A DNA stretch of 13,927 nucleotides from an uncultured Alcaligenaceae bacterium (GTDB lineage Bacteria > Planctomycetota > Planctomycetia > Gemmatales > Gemmataceae), in NCBI GenBank assembly GCA_964410665.1, contig CAYPIE010000133.1:1-13927 (forward strand). The letters are read 5' to 3'. Shown in pieces: positions 6,833 to 13,927 of the stretch. Made by a program: the position numbers and the translations under genes. The stretch's first letter is position 1. Each line of letters starts with the position of its first letter. The notes beneath the pieces are model-generated. The model had not been told where the DNA came from and did not search any database. It saw nothing but the letters and a program-made list of their open reading frames with translations.

Positions 6833-8530
6833 TCCGTAAATCTGCTTACGGCGGGTGATATAGTCCCAGACCACACAACGATCGAGATCGCGGCCGGTGC
6901 TGAAGAAGACGCGCCCATTGGTCGACTCCGCCATGCGGTAGGCGAAGCGGATGTCCTCCTCACTCTGGTTCCAGCTGGAGAGTAGGAAGATGTTGATGGT
7001 AATTCCCTCTCGGGCACATAACAGCGCCTCACGCATCGTGGCGTCTTCCGTACGTCGATCCGGGGGGTAGAGCAGATACAGCAATTCTCCCTCGAAGTGG
7101 GCAGTCGGCAACCCATCCGTGATCAGAATCACCTGCCGGTTGGGTGTGTCCTGGGAGCTTAAGAAACGCCGCGACAGTTGGAGCCCGTGCTGGATGTTGG
7201 TGAAGTGGGGGGGCACCTGGACCTCGGTAATATCTGGATCACTCATGTCCTGACGTAGCCGCACCACCGGGCTGTAGATGGTGACGGGTTTGGGCAACAG
7301 CGTGGGGATCTCAGAGATATGTCGCGGCTTGGCAAAGGTAAAGATCTCCAGAAATTGTAGATAATCACCGGGGAACTCACGACGAATCAGGCCATCCAGG
7401 GCTAAGCCCATCCGCTTGACGTTGACGTACTGGCGGTCGTAGCGCATCGAGCCACTCATGTCGAGGAGGACGGTGGTGGCACACTTGGGGTTGTTCTTGG
7501 TTTCATGGATGACGATATCATCGGTGCGCAGGCGGACTGGCAGCTCATTGCCCTGGCGGAGCAAGGCGTTGACCATCGAGGCTGGGATGTCCATTTGGCT
7601 GACCGAGTCGCCGAACTCGTAGGGCTTGGTCTTCTGGGACTCGATGGCTCCCTCGCCGATGATCCCCTCGTTATGCCGGCCGCTGCGGGCGGCTTCGAGT
7701 TGGCTGAAGATCACCTGGAGCAGCCGGGTTTGAAACAGCCGATAGGCCTTGGGGGAGAGTTGAAAGCTGCCGCGCTCGGGGGTGAGTCCCTGCCGCTCGG
7801 CCTCGGCCCGCATGTACTCTTCGATCTGTCGCTGCAACTCCTGCAGCCGCTCGATGTCGCCGGGCTCAGAGAACTGCTGTAGCTCGTCGAGGTCGATGAT
7901 GGCGATCTGAGCGGTCTTCTTGGCTTCTTTGAGCTGTTCAATCAGTTTATCAATGGTTTCCAATTCTTGTTTAATTTCGAGCGCCTGGGGCACGGTCATG
8001 GCTTGCTGACCGGTAAAGTCGTACTTGGCGGCCAGCTCTTCGACTTGGTACTTCTCACCTAAGGTCTCGACCAAGTGGATCAGTTGGCGGGCAAACTTGC
8101 CGCGCTCATCATCGACCGCATAGTACAGCCGTTCCAGGTCATAGAGCTGCTCTTGCTTGACCGCTTTGTGAAACCGTTTGACCAGTTTCTCGGGTGGGCG
8201 AACCGACTCCGCTTGCGTGTGGAAGTTCTGGGCTGCTTCGCGCTGCACCTGATCGGTCTCAAAAGTCGCAAGGATTTTTTGTTTGCGCTGTTTGAGCATC
8301 TCGATCAGAGCATTCAGACTCGGTCCGAGACCTTGAATCTGACGGGGGTCGAGACGGATCGCCTGGGCCAGTTCTTCCTCGGTTAGATCATCGATCGAAC
8401 CAAACTCGAGCATATGCTCAAAAATGGGTGACACCAAATCAGGCGGCTCAGCGGTAGGCGAGGGGAACTGTACCGGATCATACTTTTGATAGGTATGAAT
8501 GATGCCGCCAAGTCGATTGGGATTGGACAT
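6830..8530 (-). CDS. von Willebrand factor A (vWA) domain protein with a long N-terminal coiled-coil region, 566 aa. It is the partner of the upstream AAA+ ATPase and is ChlD/BchD-C-terminal-like.
   Basis: The MIDAS motif is 'VLLDMSGSMRY' (DxSxS), with downstream 'ILITDGLPT' typical of vWA domains. The N-terminal roughly 300 aa are Glu/Gln/Leu-rich helical sequence ('...IDKLIEQLKEAKKTAQIAIIDLDELQQF...'). The gene is co-directional with the ATPase and 66 bp downstream of it. Confidence 0.88.
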   Translation of the reverse strand: MSNPNRLGGIIHTYQKYDPVQFPSPTAEPPDLVSPIFEHMLEFGSIDDLTEEELAQAIRLDPRQIQGLGPSLNALIEMLKQRKQKILATFETDQVQREAAQNFHTQAESVRPPEKLVKRFHKAVKQEQLYDLERLYYAVDDERGKFARQLIHLVETLGEKYQVEELAAKYDFTGQQAMTVPQALEIKQELETIDKLIEQLKEAKKTAQIAIIDLDELQQFSEPGDIERLQELQRQIEEYMRAEAERQGLTPERGSFQLSPKAYRLFQTRLLQVIFSQLEAARSGRHNEGIIGEGAIESQKTKPYEFGDSVSQMDIPASMVNALLRQGNELPVRLRTDDIVIHETKNNPKCATTVLLDMSGSMRYDRQYVNVKRMGLALDGLIRREFPGDYLQFLEIFTFAKPRHISEIPTLLPKPVTIYSPVVRLRQDMSDPDITEVQVPPHFTNIQHGLQLSRRFLSSQDTPNRQVILITDGLPTAHFEGELLYLLYPPDRRTEDATMREALLCAREGITINIFLLSSWNQSEEDIRFAYRMAESTNGRVFFSTGRDLDRCVVWDYITRRKQIYG

Positions 8531-8596
8531 GTGTGCTTGACTCTTGGAGAAAGCGTCGTTGAGGGGGGGATCTCGCTGCCATGGATCAGGCGCGGC

Positions 8597-10075
8597 CTAG
8601 ACTTCGTATTCAATACGACCAAAGCGTTGCGAACGCGAAATCCGATCGGTGGCATAGAGACCGGCCAGGACAAACTCCAGACAACTGGCGCGCATCGCCT
8701 CGTTCTGGCTGGCATTGACCTCAAACGCCTTGTCCCAGACCGTCGGGACCCGCTTGAGCCGATCGGCATAGTGCTGCGAGGGGAGCATATCGCCGACCTC
8801 GATTTTGACCCCCTTACTGAAGATGTCGGAGATCTCGGCGAGGCCATGTTTATCGACATATTCTTCAAAGACAACCCGTGTAGCCTCGCTCACGATGGCT
8901 TCGAGCACCTGCTTTTCCGACATCTGGTTGGAGCCCATCAAGTCGAGTTCCAGCTTGCCCAACGATGAGGTGGGTAGGTGAGCCAAATCGCTCATCCGTG
9001 GCACGGCGGGGGTTTCGTTGAGGCGTACGCCGCGGTGACGGGCGCTGGCGACCATAGTGCGGTAGTTGGCAATGGTAAAGCGGGCGCTGACGCCCGATTG
9101 ATGATCGACGTAGCGTGACTTGCGTGCGGAGATACTAATCTGTTCGACGAGTTCTTTCATAAACAGGGGCACGGCGACCGGGAAGGAACCGCCGACGTCG
9201 ATGTTGGCCTCTTGCTCCATAATTTCGATCCCCAGCGCACGTTCGAGTGGATAGTGCGTTTGGATCAAGGAGCCGATGCGATCCTTGAGCTGTGGGATGA
9301 CCTTCCCAGAGCGATTATAGGTCGCCGGGTTGGCCGAGAACAGGATGAACACGTCGAGGTCGAACTGGATTGGATAGCCGCGGATCTGGACGTCGCGTTC
9401 CTCGAGAATGTTAAACAAGCCGACTTGGATGAGTTCGTCCAGCTCGGGGATCTCATTCATGGCAAAGATGCCACGATGCATGCGTGGAATCAGGCCAAAG
9501 TGTAGGGCCTCCTCGGCGGCCATACTGGTGCCCGCGGCCAGCTTGGCCGGGTCGATTTCGCCGATGATATCGGCGAATTTGGTGCCTGGGGCCAAACGTT
9601 CGGCATAGCGTTCCTGCCGTGGCCACCAGGCAATGGGGATTTCTTCTTCGGGAAGATGACTGAGCAGTTGCTTTCCGGCCCGTGTGATGGGGTGGTAAGG
9701 ATCTTCGTGCACTGGTGAGCCGGGAATCTCCAGGTAGGGAATCGCATCATCCAAGAAGCGGACCAGGGACCGCATCAAGCGACTCTTGGCCTGTCCTTTT
9801 TCCCCGAGGAACAAGATGTCATGTCCAGCAAGCAGGGCGACGTTGATTTCCGGCAGGACGGTGTCGTCATAGCCAATGATGCCGGGAAAAAGCCTTTCGC
9901 CGCTTTGCAGAGCGCGGAGGAAATTGCTACGAATTTCCTCTTTGACTGTGCGGGATTGCCAGCCAGTGTCTCGGAGTTCGCGCAAGGTTCGCGCTCGTCT
10001 GGCCAAGTCGGTCACCCGGTGGTCTCCTGGTGCTGCGGTGGATCTGGTGCATCTGGTGCATCTATTGCCATCCAT
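8597..10075 (-). CDS. AAA+ ATPase of the Mg-chelatase ChlI/BchI-like or MoxR-like clade. The maximal ORF extends to 10189. The ATG at 10073-10075 ('MDGNRCTRC...') is an alternative start, and the true start is uncertain.
   Basis: Motifs read by eye are '[36 protein letters not shown]' (ChlI-like N-terminus plus Walker A), '[14 protein letters not shown]' (Walker B region), '[27 protein letters not shown]' (sensor-1 SANP and a PQLxDR arginine-finger region, which I align from memory with ChlI 'SGNPEEGELRPQLLDRFG'). The gene is paired with the vWA gene. Confidence 0.88.
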   Translation of the reverse strand: MDGNRCTRCTRSTAAPGDHRVTDLARRARTLRELRDTGWQSRTVKEEIRSNFLRALQSGERLFPGIIGYDDTVLPEINVALLAGHDILFLGEKGQAKSRLMRSLVRFLDDAIPYLEIPGSPVHEDPYHPITRAGKQLLSHLPEEEIPIAWWPRQERYAERLAPGTKFADIIGEIDPAKLAAGTSMAAEEALHFGLIPRMHRGIFAMNEIPELDELIQVGLFNILEERDVQIRGYPIQFDLDVFILFSANPATYNRSGKVIPQLKDRIGSLIQTHYPLERALGIEIMEQEANIDVGGSFPVAVPLFMKELVEQISISARKSRYVDHQSGVSARFTIANYRTMVASARHRGVRLNETPAVPRMSDLAHLPTSSLGKLELDLMGSNQMSEKQVLEAIVSEATRVVFEEYVDKHGLAEISDIFSKGVKIEVGDMLPSQHYADRLKRVPTVWDKAFEVNASQNEAMRASCLEFVLAGLYATDRISRSQRFGRIEYEV

Positions 10076-10377
10076 ATTGTAGAGCGATGGTTCCAGCCCG
10101 ACCAAGCGCGGGTTGACTTGACAGCAGGAACCGTCGCGTTGGAAAAAGCGCGTGGATCCCTTGCGAGGAGGCAAGGCGTGCGTTAGCATAGTGGTGAATT
10201 AATGTAGTTTGAACTCGCAAGCTAACTACCTACGTCGCCGTCGTTGTTCATCCCCACACATTCGTGTCTGGTGAGCGGTGTCTTTGCGACCAAAGGCAAG
10301 AAAACCCGGCTTGATGGTCCAAACGAGCTCATATTCCCAGGGTTTCCACGGTCCTCCGTGAGGTTGCTACAGGCGCG

Positions 10378-12099
10378 ATGATGCGTTCCGATCAACCCAT
10401 CGTCCCTCAGCACGATGGGCATACCGAGACGCCGACGGGATCCCCGTCCGATACGGCCCGCACTTTAGGGCCCTATCGTCTGCTGCGCTTGCTTGCCAAT
10501 GGGGGCATGAGCACAGTTTATCTGGCTTACGATACACCGCAGCGTCGCAACGTTGCCCTCAAGGTCTTGGCCGACCATTTGGCTTATGAACCGTCGTTTG
10601 TCGAACGCTTTTGCCGCGAAGGTCAGCTCAGCCGCCTGTTTCGCCATCGCAACCTGGTGCGGGGCTATGCTACGGGCCGGGATGCCAGCACTCGCCAACA
10701 TTATTTTGCGATGGAGTTCATTGACGGGCCCAGCGCTCAGCAACTCATCGATCGCCATGGCCAGATTGCTGTGGGCGAGGCCGTGCAGATTACAATCGAT
10801 ATTGCACATGCGTTGGATTATTTGCATTATCATCGCTATGTCCATCGGGACATCAAACCCAGCAACATTTTGATCCATCCGGATGGCCTGGCCAAATTGG
10901 CCGACCTGGGCTTGGCCAAACATCTGGAAGAAAATGCTCACCTCACCCATGCCCACAATCGCTTCGGTACGCCCTATTACATGCCTTATGAGCAGTCGCT
11001 CAATCCGACTTTGGTCGATGATCGGAGCGACATTTTTGCCCTTGGGGCATCCCTCTATCATATGCTCACAGGCCGATTTGCTTTTCAGGGAAATGATCAT
11101 CGCGAGATCCAACAAGAGAAGGCGCGGGGTTGGTTTACCCCCGCAGGCTTGCACAATCCCGAGGTTCCCCAGACGCTCGATCTGATTCTAACGCGGATGT
11201 TACAGCGAGATCCCCGCGAACGCTTTCAAACCGCCCGCGAGGTGATCGAGGTGCTCGAGGCCAGTGGCTTGGCGGTCGCACTGGACCGCACCCGGCCGAT
11301 CCTCGAGGCCGATCCTGCGATCTGGCTGGACGAGGCCCCCGCTAACGTGGCGCCAACTCGACTGGATTTGTCGGTGGGCATGGATGAGGTTCCAAACCCA
11401 AGCGAGCCAGGACAGGAATCGGGCTTGCCTGCTGCACTCGGGCACGGCGTGGACCCCACAGCGAATCCTGACAATCCGGTGGCCGAGGTCCAGCTGCTCA
11501 GTATACCGACCACCTCGCTCGATCGGCTTGCCGTCGACGACAACACCGCCTGGCTGGTGCGTTATCGCAATCCTACCGGTGCATGGGAATCCCGCGAGGC
11601 CACCACCCGCGAGCTTCGCCATCAGCAGGCTCGTGGTGAACTGGCCAGCGATGTCTATGTGGCTCTGGCCAGTGATCCGGACAGTTCGGTGCCGCAGTAT
11701 CGGCTGTTGCAAGCCTATCCCGAATTTGCCGACCTACCGCGCACAGACGCTTTTACACCCGTCGATGTTGCCCCCACCTCCGAAGTGGTGGCCCGCACAT
11801 CGCGGCGTGGGACCATGCTACCATTGCTGTTTTTCTGTGGGGCGCTGCTGGGCGGCTGGCTGTTCTTCCTGATCCATGCCTTCCGTCCACCGTATACCCT
11901 CGGCCCCCCCCAACCTCCCGAGGACCAACGTCTACGACGCCAAGACGTGGCTCCGCTGCCCGTTCCGCTCCAGCTGCCGAACCAGTCTGTCGAACCGGGT
12001 GATCACGATCCCGAGGCCACCGAAGTGCAACGTGAGTTCCCATTGCCGGTCCCAATCCCGGATCGGTGGCTACTCATCGAGCGGGTTCCGCTGTCCTGA
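10378..12099 (+). CDS. Hanks-type Ser/Thr protein kinase, 573 aa. It has a single C-terminal transmembrane helix and a short Pro-rich extracytoplasmic tail.
   Basis: Kinase motifs are the Gly-loop 'LANGGMSTVYLA', the catalytic Lys in 'VALKVL', the catalytic loop 'HRDIKPSNIL', 'LADLGLAK' (DLG in place of DFG), and 'GTPYYMPYE' (PYE in place of APE). The transmembrane helix is 'MLPLLFFCGALLGGWLFFLIHAF' at about aa 480-503, followed by 'RPPYTLGPPQPPED...PLPVPIP'. Confidence 0.93.
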   Translation: MMRSDQPIVPQHDGHTETPTGSPSDTARTLGPYRLLRLLANGGMSTVYLAYDTPQRRNVALKVLADHLAYEPSFVERFCREGQLSRLFRHRNLVRGYATGRDASTRQHYFAMEFIDGPSAQQLIDRHGQIAVGEAVQITIDIAHALDYLHYHRYVHRDIKPSNILIHPDGLAKLADLGLAKHLEENAHLTHAHNRFGTPYYMPYEQSLNPTLVDDRSDIFALGASLYHMLTGRFAFQGNDHREIQQEKARGWFTPAGLHNPEVPQTLDLILTRMLQRDPRERFQTAREVIEVLEASGLAVALDRTRPILEADPAIWLDEAPANVAPTRLDLSVGMDEVPNPSEPGQESGLPAALGHGVDPTANPDNPVAEVQLLSIPTTSLDRLAVDDNTAWLVRYRNPTGAWESREATTRELRHQQARGELASDVYVALASDPDSSVPQYRLLQAYPEFADLPRTDAFTPVDVAPTSEVVARTSRRGTMLPLLFFCGALLGGWLFFLIHAFRPPYTLGPPQPPEDQRLRRQDVAPLPVPLQLPNQSVEPGDHDPEATEVQREFPLPVPIPDRWLLIERVPLS

Positions 12100-12123
12100 T
12101 CCTTTGCTTCTCTCCACCTGGGT

Positions 12124-13038
12124 ATGCCTGATCCTGCAGATCCTGCCAATCTCCGCCGTGCCCGCATACTCCTGGTGTTGGCCGCGGTCCTGTGGAGTTT
12201 GAGTGGATTGGGTACGCGTTTGTTGCAGTATCCCACGATCCTACACTTGCATGAACCACCCCCCACCGCTCTGCAAATCGCCTTTTTCCGCATCTTTTTC
12301 GCTGGACTGTTCTTCTTACCGTGGTTGCGTCGGGGTGATTTGACCTTTGCCCCGGTGATGCTGCCGATGGTCGCCACCTTTGCCGCCATGAACGGGCTGT
12401 TTATCTCGGCCATGGCTTACGGCACCTCGGCCAACGCGATTTGGCTCCAATACACGGCTCCGTTCTGGGTCGCCTTATTTGCGATGGTTTTCCTTAAGGA
12501 GCCCGCCGATCGACGGACCACCCATGTTCTGATGGTGGGGCTGCTGGGGGTCGGTGTGATCCTGGTCGGGAGCTGGTGGCGTGGCCCGGTCGAGCAGCTG
12601 CCGGTGATCGGTATGGCCCTGGGTAGCGGCATTACATATGCTGGAGTTCTGATATGTTTGCGGGCGGCTCGAGCCCATTCCTCGGCCTGGCTCACCAGTT
12701 TGAACCATGTCGGCGGAGCGCTGTTGCTCCTTCCCTGGATCTGGGGAGTCCCCTTGCCGACTCCGGGGCAGTTGGCCTTCCTGGCCCTGTTCGGGATCGT
12801 CCAGATGGCCCTGCCGTATTGGCTAATGGCCCGTAGCTTACGTACGCTTTCCTCGCAAGAGGCCGGGTTGATTGTCTTGTTAGAGCCGATCTTGAACCCG
12901 ATTTGGGCTTGGCTGTTGGTTCCAGAACGCGAGCTACCAAGAATCGAAACCTGGCTCGGAGCTGGATTGATCCTCGCCGGGCTGATCTGGCGCTATACCC
13001 CACGGCGGCGCTCGTTGCCGGCCCGGGTGACGCCATGA
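12124..13038 (+). CDS. EamA/DMT (drug/metabolite transporter) family membrane protein, 304 aa, with about 10 transmembrane helices.
   Basis: The protein is uniformly hydrophobic with two repeated 5-TM halves ('ILLVLAAVLWSLSGLG...', 'ALLLLPWIWGVP...LALFGIVQMALPYWLMARSL') typical of EamA duplications. It starts 24 bp after the kinase stop, consistent with an operon. Confidence 0.85.
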   Translation: MPDPADPANLRRARILLVLAAVLWSLSGLGTRLLQYPTILHLHEPPPTALQIAFFRIFFAGLFFLPWLRRGDLTFAPVMLPMVATFAAMNGLFISAMAYGTSANAIWLQYTAPFWVALFAMVFLKEPADRRTTHVLMVGLLGVGVILVGSWWRGPVEQLPVIGMALGSGITYAGVLICLRAARAHSSAWLTSLNHVGGALLLLPWIWGVPLPTPGQLAFLALFGIVQMALPYWLMARSLRTLSSQEAGLIVLLEPILNPIWAWLLVPERELPRIETWLGAGLILAGLIWRYTPRRRSLPARVTP

Positions 13039-13060
13039 CCTTTCTTATCCACGTGCTACC

Positions 13061-13846
13061 ATGACGATCCTGCCCGACTGGCAGTTGCCCCCAGGTGTGG
13101 ACCGTGGCTTGTGGGACTATGTACAGAATACTACCCTGGCCGCGGGCTACGATGCCAGCCTTGCCAATACTCCCCTGCTACAACAGGATCTAGCGTTTGT
13201 CGATCGCCAACTGCCGACGCCATGTCGAGTGATCGATCTCGGTTGCGGAACAGGGCGCCTGCTGACGCACCTAAGTCAACGTGGCTTCACCTGTGTCGGG
13301 GTCGATCTGTCGGCATCGATGCTCGCCATCGCCCGGGAGAAGACTCGTGTGGCAGGATGGACGACGTTGCTGGTTCGCGCCAACCTGGTCGAACTCGCTG
13401 GATTTGTCGATCACGCGTTTGATGCAGCGGCTTGCTTGTTTAGTACGCTAGGCATGCTGTGTGGCCGGGGTGCGAGGCGTGTCTTTGTCCACGAGGTCGC
13501 ACGGCTTCTACGTCCTGGCGGGGTTTGGGTGCTACACGGGCACAACCGCTGGTTCCACCTTCGTCAGGCCAAGGGCTGGGGTTGGCTGGCCCAGGATGGG
13601 CTGCACTGGCTGGGCGGTCGCACCGAGCCAGGTGATCGTACCATGCCCACCCACCAGGGTGGTGCTCCATTGACCATTCACCACTTCACCAAGCGAGAAC
13701 TGGTTCAGGAGTTGCAGCAAGCCGGCTTCCGCATCCGAACCATCGAGCCAGTTTCGCTGCGACCAGATGGTCGGCTACCTGCCCCGTGGCTGTTCGGCGG
13801 TCTCCGTGCTTACGGCTACCTAGTCGCGGTGGAGAAACCAGCGTAG
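13061..13846 (+). CDS. Class I SAM-dependent methyltransferase, 261 aa.
   Basis: Motif I is 'VIDLGCGTGRLLTHL', post-I is 'TCVGVDLSASML', and the motif II region is 'FDAAACLFSTLGM'. It starts 22 bp after the EamA stop. Its stop codon (13844-13846) is followed 4 nt later by the 29-bp repeat array. Confidence 0.88.
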   Translation: MTILPDWQLPPGVDRGLWDYVQNTTLAAGYDASLANTPLLQQDLAFVDRQLPTPCRVIDLGCGTGRLLTHLSQRGFTCVGVDLSASMLAIAREKTRVAGWTTLLVRANLVELAGFVDHAFDAAACLFSTLGMLCGRGARRVFVHEVARLLRPGGVWVLHGHNRWFHLRQAKGWGWLAQDGLHWLGGRTEPGDRTMPTHQGGAPLTIHHFTKRELVQELQQAGFRIRTIEPVSLRPDGRLPAPWLFGGLRAYGYLVAVEKPA

Positions 13847-13850
13847 GGGA

Positions 13851-13927
13851 GCGTTTGCGCTGCGGGGAAAGAGGCAGAGGCGCTTGCGATGCGGGGAAAG
13901 CGGCAGAGGCGTTTGCGTTGCGGGGAA
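13851..13927. repeat. Tandem array of 29-bp units, cut by the window edge. The units are 13851-13879 'gcgtttgcgctgcggggaaagaggcagag', 13880-13908 'gcgcttgcgatgcggggaaagcggcagag', and a partial unit at 13909-13927. This is the inverted copy of the array at 1-147.
   Basis: The reverse complement of unit 13880-13908 is 'ctctgccgctttccccgcatcgcaagcgc', which matches unit 30-58 at 27 of 29 positions. The reverse complement of unit 13851-13879 matches unit 1-29 at 26 of 29 positions. Confidence 0.85.

Noticed and set aside
8597-10189. The first 38 codons of the ATPase maximal ORF ('[29 protein letters not shown]...') as genuine coding sequence.
   Set aside because: The composition looks non-protein-like and it is not needed for the AAA+ core. 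An in-frame ATG at 10073-10075 gives a more plausible start. The upstream portion is retained only as an alternative, because it cannot be settled from sequence alone.
10465-11154. A 229-aa minus-strand ORF.
   Set aside because: It is antisense to the kinase catalytic domain, whose motifs are unmistakable on the plus strand. It has no motifs of its own.
1-13927. Transposase, integrase or recombinase genes that would support the mobile-island reading of the flanking inverted repeats.
   Set aside because: None of the eight confident CDSs, nor any leftover ORF, shows DDE, tyrosine-recombinase or serine-recombinase motifs. If the segment is mobile, the mobilising enzyme is not inside this window.

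Overview
This is a GC-rich bacterial window, probably from Planctomycetota. The basis for that guess is a Lys/Arg-rich N-terminus followed by 'LRCEFLEDRSVPAAF' on a giant secreted protein, together with a Hanks-type Ser/Thr kinase. I call eight protein-coding genes and no rRNA, tRNA, CRISPR array or transposase.

- On the minus strand there is a roughly 1200-aa secreted multidomain protein. It has a subtilisin (S8)-like domain, a Pro8 linker, two roughly 185-aa 'NGGFE' beta-domains and two cadherin-like (ANDD...VLANDxDPDGD) repeats.
- Further along the minus strand are a flotillin gene with its NfeD partner (the NfeD stop and flotillin start are 2 nt apart), and an AAA+ ChlI/BchI/MoxR-like ATPase followed by a coiled-coil vWA (MIDAS) protein.
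- Divergent on the plus strand is a probable operon of a membrane-anchored Ser/Thr kinase, an EamA/DMT transporter and a class I SAM methyltransferase, with 24- and 22-bp gaps.

The most unusual sequence-level observations are these:
1. Both window edges fall inside near-identical 29-bp tandem repeat arrays in inverted orientation. Each array lies immediately 3' of an outward-transcribed gene.
2. The S8-like domain has no histidine anywhere between its Asp and Asn/Ser motifs.
3. The flotillin-to-protease intergenic region contains a perfect 16-bp palindrome plus an extra half-site.
4. A roughly 55-bp AT-rich island separates the ATPase-vWA pair from the NfeD-flotillin pair.
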